The position numbers were made by a program, and so were the translations under genes. A stretch of 64,000 bases of DNA from a bacterium (GTDB lineage: Bacteria > Planctomycetota > UBA8108 > UBA1146): contig JAPOLY010000003.1 in assembly GCA_029976805.1 (NCBI GenBank), positions 10,223 to 74,222 of the forward strand, in the 5' to 3' direction. Of the stretch, positions 9,446 to 19,189 are shown piece after piece; position 1 is the first letter of the stretch, and each line of letters starts with the position of its first letter. Under the pieces are notes generated by a model, which worked only from the letters and a program-made list of their open reading frames with translations, was not told where the DNA came from and ran no database searches.

Positions 9446-10657
9446 CTATCTCCCCTCGCCACTGTCCCGTCGAACGTCGGGTCGAACGTCCCGTCGAACT
9501 TCTCGTGACAGTCCCCAAATCTTCCATGCCCGAGCAGATCGTTCCATGATAAGCCCGGTGACCTCTTCCAGTATTCCCACGACCAGACGGTCAAGTTTGC
9601 CGTCGTGGTCACCGAGAAGCGAGATCATCTCCTCGATGATCGGGTCCGTCAGATTCGGACCCGTTTTTGTCTCCCGCCTGCGCTCAAACCAGCGATGACG
9701 GGCCAAGACCATCTCGGCGACATTGCCACCGATGGCTGCTTTTTTCAGAGCCTCTGTGGGTGAAAGAGAACTCTCACCCAGTTCCGGTGCAACAAATCGC
9801 CCCTTCTCTTCGATCCACGGTAAACCCCGGGTAATTTCCCCTTCAGGTGTGGAGATTCGCAAGGGACGCGTGCTTCCCGAGACCACCCACTCCTGAAGAA
9901 CCGGGCGTGACCTTGCTACAGGAATCGGCAATTGGACCGGGATCCCCCTGCTTTCTCCTGGCTCGACCCTGAAGCCCCCGTCTATCCGGATCACTCTGGC
10001 GTCCGAACTGACTCGCTCGGTGCCATCAAGATAGACGTCCTTCACGCTCCAGACCACCTGACCGAGGATATCCTCTTCAACCGCTTCACTTCCGAAGCGA
10101 ATCACTTCATCCGAAAGATTTTCGAGGATCACCATTCCGGTGAGATAGGCCTTCGGATAGAGCGGTGGATCCGCAGCTTCACCATCGAGAGAAGGTGTTT
10201 CCTCTTCTCCGAGCAGGTCCTCCTCGATCGAGAAGCGAACCGCTACTGTACTCTGACTCAGATACCGGCCATGTGCCCGGCGTCGCAGGGTGTTCACTTG
10301 GTCAAAGAGATCAAAGTTGGCAGGGGCGAGGACCAGAATCGCCTCAGAAATCTTCCACGCCTTTTCAAACTGTCCAGCCCGGTAGGCTTTGAGGGCTTCC
10401 CGAAAACGACCATTGAGAAAGCGCAGAATGACACGGTCATCATTGGCTTCGGCATGGGCCTGCTGCAGCGAGACTCCACCGTGGAGTGTCGGTGCAACAG
10501 GCATTGCGAATCCGTCGATCACCGTCAAAAACGAGACCGCCAGAAGGGATGCAGAAACGATGACGAGGAGAGCCGGGAAACCCCGACTCTCCCCGAAATG
10601 GTCATCGACCCTGTCCAGAGGAACAGGATTACTCCTTGTTCTCGGATTCTTCCGCAT
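9446..10657 (-). CDS. Hypothetical single-pass membrane protein
   Basis: Long ORF with an N-terminal TM helix (FPALLVIVSASLLAVSFLTVIDGF). I recognise no domain. The start is assigned to ATG 10657, which overlaps the rpsA 3' end by 29 nt, and is uncertain. Confidence 0.45.
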   Translation of the reverse strand: MRKNPRTRSNPVPLDRVDDHFGESRGFPALLVIVSASLLAVSFLTVIDGFAMPVAPTLHGGVSLQQAHAEANDDRVILRFLNGRFREALKAYRAGQFEKAWKISEAILVLAPANFDLFDQVNTLRRRAHGRYLSQSTVAVRFSIEEDLLGEEETPSLDGEAADPPLYPKAYLTGMVILENLSDEVIRFGSEAVEEDILGQVVWSVKDVYLDGTERVSSDARVIRIDGGFRVEPGESRGIPVQLPIPVARSRPVLQEWVVSGSTRPLRISTPEGEITRGLPWIEEKGRFVAPELGESSLSPTEALKKAAIGGNVAEMVLARHRWFERRRETKTGPNLTDPIIEEMISLLGDHDGKLDRLVVGILEEVTGLIMERSARAWKIWGLSREVRRDVRPDVRRDSGEGR

Positions 10658-12503
10658 CGCCAGCACTCTCTTCCGCTTCGTCAGCAGCAGGCTCTTCAGC
10701 TGCTTCTGAGTCTGCAGATTCCATTTCTGCAACGGGAGCCTCTTCTGGTTGGTCCTCGATGTCGGGGACTTCGTCCGGAATGTTTTCCGGCACCGATCCC
10801 ACTGCTGTCGGGGACTCACCTTCGGCAGCCTGAGCGTAGAGCGCCGCAAGCTGGGCACTCTCCTCCTCGGTCACCTCCTTGAGACTCAAACCGATCTTGC
10901 GATTTTCATCGTCAACGCGAATCACCTTCACGTCCACAACCTGACCGATGGAGACCACTTCTTCAGGGCTCTCCACCTTGTCACCCGAAAGTTCAGAGAC
11001 GTGCAGGAGACCTTCGAGATCCTCCTCCATCTGAACGAAGGCACCAAAGTTGGTGGTCTTCGTCACCGTGCCCCGAACCACAGTGCCAATGGCATAGGTG
11101 TCCGGAATCTCGCGAACCCAGGGATCCTCTTCCATCTGCTTGAGGCCAAGGGCAATCCGCTTGCGCTCCTGGTCGATCTCCAGAACCACTGCATGGACCT
11201 CTTGTCCCTTCTCCAGTTTCTCGGAGGGGTGGATGATCTTGCGAGTCCAGGACATGTCGCTGACATGCAGAAGACCGTCGATACCATCCTCGAGTTCGAC
11301 GAAGGCACCGTAGTTGGTGAGATTGCGAACCTTGCCGCTGATGTAGTGACCCACAGGGTACTTCTGGGCAACGATCTCCCAGGGATTCACCTCGACCTGC
11401 TTCATGCCAAGGCTGATTTCCTGTTTGTCCTTCTTGATCTCAAGGACCACCACATCGACTTCCTGTCCCTCGGATACCACTTCACCGGGGTTGGAGATTC
11501 GACGGGTCCAGGACATTTCAGAGACGTGAACCAGTCCCTCGATCCCCTCTTCCAGTTCGATGAAGGCACCGTAGGAGAGAACGTTGACAACCTTGCCGCT
11601 GATTTTGGCACCGATCGGGAAACGCTCTTCGATGTCGTCCCAGGGACTCGGCTGGGTCTGCTTGAGACCCAGAGAGATTCTCTCGCGATCCTTGTCGATC
11701 TTGAGAACCTTCACATCGATTTCCTGCTCGACGGTCAGGATTTCATTGGGGTGATTGATTCGACCCCAGGACATATCGGTAATGTGAAGAAGGCCGTCGA
11801 TACCACCCAGATCGACGAATGCGCCGAAATCGGTGATGTTCTTGACGATACCCTTGCGCACCTGATCCAGTTCGATTTCGGTCATCAGGTTCGACTTCAA
11901 TTCGTCGCGACGCTCCTCCAGAAGCTTGCGACGGCTGACGACGATGTTCATACGCGGTTCGTCGATCTTGATGATTTTGCATTCCAGATCTTTGCCGACG
12001 AACTCTGAAACGTCGCCCACCCTGCGGATGGCGATTTGGGAAGCAGGAAGGAACACCGGAACACCGATGTCGATCAACAGACCGCCCTTGATCTTGCGCA
12101 GAACTTTTCCGGTGACCACATCCCCCTCGTTGTGGGTGTCGACCACCTTTTCCCAACCCTTGATGCGGTCCGCTTTGCGCTTGGACAGCATGATGCGGCC
12201 GTCTTCTTCATCGACTTCCTCGATGAGCACGTCCACGGTGTCTCCGACGGTGATTTCAGCACCCTCAAAGTGGCTTCTGGGAACTTCACCCTCGGCCTTG
12301 TAGCCCACATCGACGATGACCCAGTCATCGGAAATGCTGACCACCTTGCCCTGGATAATCTTTTCTTCTTCAAAATCGATCACCGAATCCCTGAGAATTT
12401 CATCGACCTTGTCGATGGAGTCACCTTGCAGGAAATCGTTGACTTTGTCCTCGAGGGAATCGCCCTTGAGGTCAAACTGCTTGAGCAGTTCTGGTTTGGC
12501 CAT
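10629..12503 (-). CDS. rpsA: 30S ribosomal protein S1 (six S1 domains) with long acidic C-terminal tail
   Basis: Repeated S1-domain pattern (GxV...G.F.....GLLH.S). Start at ATG 12503 (MAKPELLKQFD). The tail is ~80 aa rich in Glu/Asp/Ala. Confidence 0.9.
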   Translation of the reverse strand: MAKPELLKQFDLKGDSLEDKVNDFLQGDSIDKVDEILRDSVIDFEEEKIIQGKVVSISDDWVIVDVGYKAEGEVPRSHFEGAEITVGDTVDVLIEEVDEEDGRIMLSKRKADRIKGWEKVVDTHNEGDVVTGKVLRKIKGGLLIDIGVPVFLPASQIAIRRVGDVSEFVGKDLECKIIKIDEPRMNIVVSRRKLLEERRDELKSNLMTEIELDQVRKGIVKNITDFGAFVDLGGIDGLLHITDMSWGRINHPNEILTVEQEIDVKVLKIDKDRERISLGLKQTQPSPWDDIEERFPIGAKISGKVVNVLSYGAFIELEEGIEGLVHVSEMSWTRRISNPGEVVSEGQEVDVVVLEIKKDKQEISLGMKQVEVNPWEIVAQKYPVGHYISGKVRNLTNYGAFVELEDGIDGLLHVSDMSWTRKIIHPSEKLEKGQEVHAVVLEIDQERKRIALGLKQMEEDPWVREIPDTYAIGTVVRGTVTKTTNFGAFVQMEEDLEGLLHVSELSGDKVESPEEVVSIGQVVDVKVIRVDDENRKIGLSLKEVTEEESAQLAALYAQAAEGESPTAVGSVPENIPDEVPDIEDQPEEAPVAEMESADSEAAEEPAADEAEESAGDAEESENKE

Positions 12504-12665
12504 GGAAAAAGGCCCCTTCAGTGGGTCACGGACTGCCGTCGAGCGGACCCGACCATCGGGTCCCTCCACTCACACAGGCACTCCTGGTTTTTTGGGAAAA
12601 GACTGCTGCCGACGACCATCGCAGACTCCGCAGCCCTTCCGGGAATGGAAGAGCTGTGACAGGGT

Positions 12666-13292
12666 TCAATCGACGGAACCGGGCTCCCCTTCGGGAATCA
12701 GTTCCACCATGGCCCTGCGCAGGACTTCCAACCCGTTATCTTCCTCGGAGAAAGCCTCCTTGTCGATGCATTCTCCGAAGGAGATCCGGGTTCCAAAGGG
12801 GCGTGGGAGCCATTTTCCACGCCCCATGGCCCTGTGGCTGCCGGAAATATAGGCGGGAACCACAGGAACCTGGGCCATTTTGGCCAATCGGACCACTCCG
12901 CCCTTGAAACGGCGCAAGCGGCCGTCCGCACTGCGGGTGCCCTCCGGGAAGACGAGAGCGGCCCCTCCCGCATCCAAATGGGCCATGACGGAACGAAAAC
13001 CGGCGATCCCCACCCCTTCCCGCTCCAGGGGCAAAGCGTTCAAATTTCGCAAAAACCAGCCCATGGGTGCGGGACTGAAGAGAGTGCTCCGCGCCATGAA
13101 TGCCAGCGGTCTTTTCATGGCGATGCCGGCGAGGACCGGATCCAGATTGCTGGTGTGATTCACCGCAAGAAGAAACGGCCCGGAGGTCGGCAGATTTTCA
13201 TGCCCTTCCGCCCGGTGACGAAACAGGATCTTGCAAATCACCCAGGCGATGAAACGGATCAATCGATAGAAGAGTCGGTTGCCGGGATCCAA
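12666..13292 (-). CDS. plsC: 1-acyl-sn-glycerol-3-phosphate acyltransferase
   Basis: NHTSNLD (HX4D) and FPEGTRS motifs. The start is probably TTG and is approximate. Confidence 0.78.
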   Translation of the reverse strand: MDPGNRLFYRLIRFIAWVICKILFRHRAEGHENLPTSGPFLLAVNHTSNLDPVLAGIAMKRPLAFMARSTLFSPAPMGWFLRNLNALPLEREGVGIAGFRSVMAHLDAGGAALVFPEGTRSADGRLRRFKGGVVRLAKMAQVPVVPAYISGSHRAMGRGKWLPRPFGTRISFGECIDKEAFSEEDNGLEVLRRAMVELIPEGEPGSVD

Positions 13293-13954
13293 TCTTCCGG
13301 GATCCTTTCCATGATTGCGGCGACCACCTCATCAATTCCCAAATCAGTGGAATCGATCTGAGCCGCATCGTCTGCAGGTCGCATGGGAGAGACATCCCTT
13401 TCACGGTCGCGGGCATCACGCAACTCGACCTGCTCAAGCACCTCTTCAAAAGGGAGATCCTCTTCCAGTCTCTGACGCAGTTCGGCCTGCCTGCGAACTG
13501 CCCGTTGATGGGAACTCGCTGTCAGAAATATTTTTACCGGAGCCTCGGGAAAAACCACCGTTCCCATGTCACGCCCCTCAGCAACAACCGGGAGATCCTC
13601 CGGCAACTTTCTCTGAATTAGCAGAACACTTTGACGCAACTCTGCATTTCCGGAAATGAAATGAATGTTGCCGGTCACCCGTGTCGAATCGAGTACATTA
13701 CCGGGGTCAATTCCATCAACGAGTACCTTGAAGTCATCACCCGGGGCAGTAATCGACAAGTCATGCTTGATGGCCAGAGCAGCGACTGAGGCAGGATCTG
13801 TAAAATCGACTCCAGTCTCGAGTCCGATCCAGGTCAGGGTGCGATAGATGCGTCCACTGGAGAACATTCGTCCACCCAGTTTTCGGGCCACCATCCTTGA
13901 AACGGTGCTTTTACCGCAGCCTGCAGGCCCGTCGAGGGTCACAATTCGCAACAA
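13259..13954 (-). CDS. cmk: Cytidylate kinase
   Basis: IVTLDGPAGCGKSTV P-loop. TTG start with a GGAGG SD 6 nt upstream. cmk-plsC-rpsA are co-directional. Confidence 0.83.
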   Translation of the reverse strand: MLRIVTLDGPAGCGKSTVSRMVARKLGGRMFSSGRIYRTLTWIGLETGVDFTDPASVAALAIKHDLSITAPGDDFKVLVDGIDPGNVLDSTRVTGNIHFISGNAELRQSVLLIQRKLPEDLPVVAEGRDMGTVVFPEAPVKIFLTASSHQRAVRRQAELRQRLEEDLPFEEVLEQVELRDARDRERDVSPMRPADDAAQIDSTDLGIDEVVAAIMERIPEDWIPATDSSID

Positions 13955-13994
13955 GCTCCGCCTCCGATCCTGCCTGGGTTCGATCCTGTGCAAA

Positions 13995-15494
13995 TCAAAC
14001 TACGGAATCACCGACGTTGCGGCAAGGGGAAGGGAGTGTGCTTCCTGATGACTCCGCGATCCCCTGAGATCGGGTTCCCAGAAGACTCCAGAACAGCCCG
14101 ACAAAACTCATCGAGATCAGCGGCAGAACCGACCAGGCACCAATCAATGCCACCTCCACGATCAGCCACGCCGTCAGGGGAAACACTGCCCATTCCCAAA
14201 GTGTGGCGTTTCTTCCACCGGTGGCTCCCGCTGTTTTCGGAGTTCGTTCAAATTCGGAGACCCTGCCGAGAATCCCATCAAAGCAGCAAAGACTGGCATA
14301 AAAAGCAAAGCCGGTTCCCAAAAGAAGCACGAGGAACGATTCCAGCCAACGACTGTATCGCCCACCACCTGTAGAGGCGTAGTAGACCAATACTCCCATA
14401 AAGGCAAAGCTGATGAAGACCCCCTCAAATGCTTGGGTTCCCAATGCTCGGAAAACCCAGGGCTCAGGTCCGAGTTGATCAGGAAAGATTCTTCTCAGGG
14501 GTGCCAAAATCGCCAGAAGAACCACGACCACACTGACCAGTGGTGCGAGTCCACGTGCATTGAAATCAAAATGCGTCAGGAATGGCTTTCCTGAGTGATC
14601 GATCTTCCGTTTGAAGAACAGGTCCATCCCCCCTGCAAGCCAGCGTCTCTGTTGGGTCCTGAAAGCTGAAAAGTTTTCGGGAAGCCAGCCGTTACAGACA
14701 ATGTCATCACGGTAGATTCCTCTCCAACCACGATCCCATGCCCTCAACGAAAGATCCGTATCTTCCACAACCGTCTTTCCACTCCATCCGCCTGCCGCTT
14801 CGATAGCAGTCCTGCGCCAGATACCCGCAGTTCCATTGAAGTTGAAGAATCGTCCGCCACGACTGCGAGCCTGATGCTCGATACGGAAATGACCATCGAG
14901 AAGACGCGCCTGAGCCCGGGTCAGGAAGTTGCGATTTCGATTGGCGTAACCCCAGCGGCATTGAACCCACCCGACCCTGGAATCCTCAAAATTGGGAATC
15001 GTCTGCGATAGAAAATGCTCCGGTATCTGGAAGTCCGCATCGAAAATGGCGACAAACTCCGCATCGGAAACAGACATTCCATAGGCCAGTGCCCCAGCTT
15101 TGAAACCGGTACGCTCTTCTCTGCGAATCACTGTGACCGGAACCCCTTCAGCGACCAGAGCTTCAACGAGGGCGGCATTTTCTTCTGCCGATCCGTCATC
15201 AGAATCATCCAAAATCTGAATCTGAAGGAGTGAACGGGGATAGTCGAGACTCTTCAGGCAATCCAGTCGGGACTGCAGGGCATAAGCATCATTAAAAACG
15301 GGAATCTGTATCAGCACCCTGGGCAATGGCCCTGTGGACCCATGTTTCCCGGGCAAGCAAACGTCATTCACAGAAGAGGTCTCTGGCGATTCAGAATTCC
15401 AGACAAGTCCGCTGCCCAACCAGAGCATGAATCGGTGGATACCGGAAAGAACCAGCAACGAAACGAGCAGGATCTGAAGGAGTTCAGCCCACAT
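13995..15494 (-). CDS. Family-2 glycosyltransferase, processive (cellulose/hyaluronan-synthase-like) with multiple TM helices
   Basis: D,D,D and QxxRW (QQRRW) motifs, N- and C-terminal TM segments. ATG 15494 is chosen as the start, with an 11-nt overlap of the upstream gene. Confidence 0.78.
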   Translation of the reverse strand: MWAELLQILLVSLLVLSGIHRFMLWLGSGLVWNSESPETSSVNDVCLPGKHGSTGPLPRVLIQIPVFNDAYALQSRLDCLKSLDYPRSLLQIQILDDSDDGSAEENAALVEALVAEGVPVTVIRREERTGFKAGALAYGMSVSDAEFVAIFDADFQIPEHFLSQTIPNFEDSRVGWVQCRWGYANRNRNFLTRAQARLLDGHFRIEHQARSRGGRFFNFNGTAGIWRRTAIEAAGGWSGKTVVEDTDLSLRAWDRGWRGIYRDDIVCNGWLPENFSAFRTQQRRWLAGGMDLFFKRKIDHSGKPFLTHFDFNARGLAPLVSVVVVLLAILAPLRRIFPDQLGPEPWVFRALGTQAFEGVFISFAFMGVLVYYASTGGGRYSRWLESFLVLLLGTGFAFYASLCCFDGILGRVSEFERTPKTAGATGGRNATLWEWAVFPLTAWLIVEVALIGAWSVLPLISMSFVGLFWSLLGTRSQGIAESSGSTLPSPCRNVGDSVV

Positions 15495-16392
15495 CCTCGT
15501 CCCCCGCCAGCGCCTCGAGACGGGGCGATCCGGATCCACCATATCCGCGCAGGTCGAGCCAACGCTCTGCGAACCCCAGTTGACGGGCGATGGAATTGAG
15601 ACGCTGTCGCCAGCTTCCCCCGAGCCTGTCGGCCAACTCTTCCGGAGCGATTTCGACGACGAGACGGGATTCCTCACAACGTGTCCGGTAGACGGAAAAA
15701 CCCTCCCCTGAGAGGACTGATTCGAGGGCCTCAATCTTGCCGAGCAACTCGGCATTGACAGCGGTTCCTACTGGAACCCGGCTCGCCAGGCAGGGGCGCG
15801 CAGGACGATCATGGCTCGACAATTGGCGCTCTCTGGCCAAATGTCGAATCGAATCCTTGTCGAAGCCGAAAGCACGCAATGGGCTGTAAACTCCCCGTTC
15901 ACGGGCAGCAACAGCCCCGGGCCGGTCCGAAACCACATCCGAGGCCTGAGTACCGTCGATGGCCGTATACCCGTTCAATCGGGGGTGATCGAGGATGACG
16001 TCGTACAACTCCGACTTGCAGTGATAGCACCGATCTCCGGAATTGGCCCTGTAGGATTCACGGTCCAACTCACGGGTTTCCAACTCCAGATGCTGAATGC
16101 CAACCTCGCTTGCCAATCTGCGAGCGGATTCCAATTCCTGTTGGGAAAGACTGGGAGAAACACCGGTGACTGCGACGGCCTGTGGCCCCAGCTCTTCATG
16201 AGCCAGAGAAGCCAATAGCGCAGAGTCAACGCCACCGGAGAGAGCCACGGCGACCGGGGCGTTCTGCCTGAACCAGACACGCAGAGCGTCCAGTTTGCCG
16301 GAAAGGTCGCGGACAGATCCGGCGGACAGGTCCTGTGACCCGTCCGCCGGCTGACCGGAACGATTAGATGTCGTAGTAGAGTGCGAACTCAT
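15484..16392 (-). CDS. PP-loop superfamily ATPase, LarE-like (TIGR00268-type ATP-dependent sulfur transferase family)
   Basis: SGGVDS PP-loop, DRCYHCK, PCLASR and a C-terminal RGYGGSGS, all as in LarE-family proteins. ATG 16392 overlaps the glnA stop by 29 nt. Confidence 0.72.
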   Translation of the reverse strand: MSSHSTTTSNRSGQPADGSQDLSAGSVRDLSGKLDALRVWFRQNAPVAVALSGGVDSALLASLAHEELGPQAVAVTGVSPSLSQQELESARRLASEVGIQHLELETRELDRESYRANSGDRCYHCKSELYDVILDHPRLNGYTAIDGTQASDVVSDRPGAVAARERGVYSPLRAFGFDKDSIRHLARERQLSSHDRPARPCLASRVPVGTAVNAELLGKIEALESVLSGEGFSVYRTRCEESRLVVEIAPEELADRLGGSWRQRLNSIARQLGFAERWLDLRGYGGSGSPRLEALAGDEDVG

Positions 16393-17776
16393 AGGGGTGT
16401 GGACGCAGACGCAACTGGTCCACCTCTCGCTCCCGCTTGTAGGAGATCCAGGAAGAGATGGCATCGGCAGTGAAAACGTCGCCGGCAAGAAGGAACTCGT
16501 GGTCCTTCTCAAGGCAGTTGAGCGCATCCTCCAGCGATCCCGGAGTACTCGGAACCTCTGCCAACTGCTCAGCCGGGAGGTCGTAAAGATCTTTATCAAA
16601 CGGAAGACCCGGATCGATCTTGTTCTTGATACCGTCCATCGCCGCCATCAACAGGGCGGAGAATGCGAGGTAAGGGTTGCAGGACGGATCAGGACAGCGG
16701 AACTCGAAGCGGCGAGCCTTCGGATTGGAAGCCCCCACCGGGATCCTGACTGCTGCAGAACGGTTGCGGGAAGAGTAAGCCAAGCGAGTCGGTGCCTCGA
16801 AACCGGGGACCAGACGCTTGTAGGAATTGGTCGTCGGATTTGTCAGGGCAACCAGTGCAGGAGCGTGCTGGAGGATTCCTCCGATGGCGTGAAGTGCCAT
16901 CTCACTCATTCCGGCATATCCGTCACCGGCAAACTGGTTGGCACCATTTTTCCAAATGGACAGATGCATGTGCATGCCACTGCCATTGTCATTCCACACC
17001 GGCTTCGGCATGAAGGTGACCGTCTTGCCATTCTGGTGAGCGGTGTTCTTGACGATGTACTTGTACGCCATCAGGTCGTCGGCTGCCTTCAACAAGGTAT
17101 TGAACTTGATGTCGATCTCTGCCTGGCCCGCCGTGGCAACCTCATGGTGCTGGCACTCGATCTCGAGTCCACAGTCCATCAGGTTTTTCATCATTTCGTT
17201 CCGCAGATCATTGTGCTTGTCAGTCGGAGGAACAGGGAAGTAACCTTCCTTGTAACGAGGCTTGTAGCCCAGATTCGGTCCCTCTTCACGACCGGTATTC
17301 CAACGCCCCTCGACACTGTCGAGGAAGTAGAAGCCACTGTGCTCATTCTGGTCGAAACGAATGTCATCAAAGATGAAAAACTCCGCCTCAGGACCAAAGA
17401 AAGCCTGGTCACCAAGCCCGGAATTCTGCAGGTAGGCTTCTGCTTTGCGGGCGATGTTGCGGGGATCGCGAGAGTAACTCTCGTGAGTAATCGGATCTTT
17501 GATGTCACAGACGAGCACCAGAGTCTTCATCTTGGGGAAGGGATCGATCCACGCAGTCGTCGGATCGGGAACCACGAGCATGTCACTCTCTGCGATTCCC
17601 TTCCAGCCACGCATGCTCGAACCGTCAAACCCGAGACCTTCTGTGAAGGTGCTCTCGTCCAGTCCTGCTGCCGGAATCGTAAAATGTTGCCAGAGACCCG
17701 GGAAATCCATGAAGCGGAAATCCACCGCCTCGATACCCTTGTTTCTGATCAGTTCGAGGATTTCGTTGACTGTCAA
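16364..17776 (-). CDS. glnA: Glutamine synthetase type I
   Basis: GS-I signatures throughout ([17 protein letters not shown]). The probable TTG start at 17776 has an AAGGGAG SD 5 nt upstream ([10 protein letters not shown]...). Confidence 0.9.
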   Translation of the reverse strand: MTVNEILELIRNKGIEAVDFRFMDFPGLWQHFTIPAAGLDESTFTEGLGFDGSSMRGWKGIAESDMLVVPDPTTAWIDPFPKMKTLVLVCDIKDPITHESYSRDPRNIARKAEAYLQNSGLGDQAFFGPEAEFFIFDDIRFDQNEHSGFYFLDSVEGRWNTGREEGPNLGYKPRYKEGYFPVPPTDKHNDLRNEMMKNLMDCGLEIECQHHEVATAGQAEIDIKFNTLLKAADDLMAYKYIVKNTAHQNGKTVTFMPKPVWNDNGSGMHMHLSIWKNGANQFAGDGYAGMSEMALHAIGGILQHAPALVALTNPTTNSYKRLVPGFEAPTRLAYSSRNRSAAVRIPVGASNPKARRFEFRCPDPSCNPYLAFSALLMAAMDGIKNKIDPGLPFDKDLYDLPAEQLAEVPSTPGSLEDALNCLEKDHEFLLAGDVFTADAISSWISYKREREVDQLRLRPHPYEFALYYDI

Positions 17777-17895
17777 AGCCACTCCCTTCGCTTCGGCCCC
17801 CTGAGCCTTGATACACTTTTGGTCCCGACAACATCGTGCCGGGGAATAATCAAAAATCATGTCGGCAAGTGGAATCGTCTCCGATCCCCGATCAC

Positions 17896-18201
17896 CTAAA
17901 TCGCATCCGATCCCGCTTCGCCGGTTCGAATCCGGCGCGCATCTTTGAGGGAACCAACGTGCACGTTCACTTCGTTCCCATTCGCAGACAACTCATCGAG
18001 GACGGCCAGTGCAGGAGAAAGAAATTCTTCGTTCACCGCAATTTCTACACGCATCGCATGGACACCATCCACCGACTCTGTATCCCGTCCGAGAACTTCC
18101 ACTTCTGCTGCTGTGAAGCGAACGATTCCCACCTTCTCAAACTTCTCTCGAAGAAGATCCAGAAGATCGACAGGAAGTGTTGCCACAACCCAGTAAAGCA
18201 A
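17896..18201 (-). CDS. PII (GlnB)-like nitrogen-regulatory-family protein with truncated T-loop
   Basis: C-terminal RIRTGE and overall alignment to GlnB. Probable TTG start with a GAGGA SD. The T-loop region is ~11 aa shorter than in GlnB and lacks Tyr51. Confidence 0.65.
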   Translation of the reverse strand: MLYWVVATLPVDLLDLLREKFEKVGIVRFTAAEVEVLGRDTESVDGVHAMRVEIAVNEEFLSPALAVLDELSANGNEVNVHVGSLKDARRIRTGEAGSDAI

Positions 18202-18208
18202 CCCGTCC

Positions 18209-19189
18209 TCATTCCTGGTCGGGCACTCTGAGGAGTAACCCTTCGATTCCCTGTTCCACCGAAAGTTCACCGGCCATCACTTTGGACACGGTTTCTACGA
18301 TGGGCATTTCCACTGATCGTTCACGCGCCATTTCGGCAGCTGCGCTGCAGGTGTGAACACCTTCTGCAACCTGCTCCATCCCTGCCAAAACATCCGCAAC
18401 AGGTTGTCCCTGTCCCACGGACTCTCCGACAACACGATTACGAGAGTGAGAACTGAAACAAGTCACAACGAGATCCCCGATACCGGAAAGTCCCGAAAAG
18501 GTTTCGCGCTGCCCGCCAAGCAGACAACCCATGCGCGAAATCTCGGCACTCCCCCGAGTCACCATCGCTGCTATGGTGTTGTCACCGAATCCGTGCCCCA
18601 CCGCAATACCACAACCCAAAGCGACCACATTTTTCAGCACCCCGGCCCACTCGACCCCGATCCGATCGAGGCTCCTGTAGATTCTGAACTCGGGAGTTCT
18701 CAAAGACTTCTGAATCTCGACCGTGAAATCCTCATTCGGATGGGCAAATACGACGGCTGTGGGCAAATTTCTGAGAACTTCCTCGGCGTGGCTCGGTCCT
18801 GAAAGGATTCCCGGCTCACCGAGGACGCCGCAATCCTTGAGAATCTGGCTCGGCAACGCCTGATGGCTCTTTTCCAGCCCCTTCGAAGCAGAGATCCACG
18901 GCACGTCTCTGGGCAAGTCAGCGCCCGGTCCCTGTAGATAACTGCGGATCATCTGTGTGGGAATCGCACTGATGACCACGTCGCTGTCTGGCACCGGATC
19001 GACTCCGGCAACACAGACCTTGAATCCATCTCCCAGTGACAACTCCGGCAAGAATGAGTGACGCCCACTTGCCAGCTCTGCGGCCCGCTCCTGTCTCCGA
19101 CAATGAACGGTCACGTCCATTCCCGCATTTTGGGCGACGTGGGCGAGAGCCGTTCCCCAGGTTCCGGAACCGACCACCAGAATTTTCAT
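18209..19189 (-). CDS. gpsA: NAD(P)H-dependent glycerol-3-phosphate dehydrogenase
   Basis: N-terminal GSGTWGTALA Rossmann motif and GpsA-family body. ATG overlaps the plsY stop. Confidence 0.9.
   Translation of the reverse strand: MKILVVGSGTWGTALAHVAQNAGMDVTVHCRRQERAAELASGRHSFLPELSLGDGFKVCVAGVDPVPDSDVVISAIPTQMIRSYLQGPGADLPRDVPWISASKGLEKSHQALPSQILKDCGVLGEPGILSGPSHAEEVLRNLPTAVVFAHPNEDFTVEIQKSLRTPEFRIYRSLDRIGVEWAGVLKNVVALGCGIAVGHGFGDNTIAAMVTRGSAEISRMGCLLGGQRETFSGLSGIGDLVVTCFSSHSRNRVVGESVGQGQPVADVLAGMEQVAEGVHTCSAAAEMARERSVEMPIVETVSKVMAGELSVEQGIEGLLLRVPDQE

Noticed and set aside
10749-12008. 419-aa plus-strand ORF
   Set aside because: Antisense shadow ORF entirely inside rpsA. The translation is low-complexity with no domain.
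16397-17899. 500-aa plus-strand ORF
   Set aside because: Antisense to glnA; typical GC-rich shadow frame with no homology.
17917-17943. tRNA-like T-arm sequence GCCGG-TTCGAAT-CCGGC
   Set aside because: It lies inside the PII-like coding region, as the reverse complement of the codons for IRTGEAG. No acceptor, D or anticodon arms are present around it, so it is a coincidence of the conserved RIRTGE codons.
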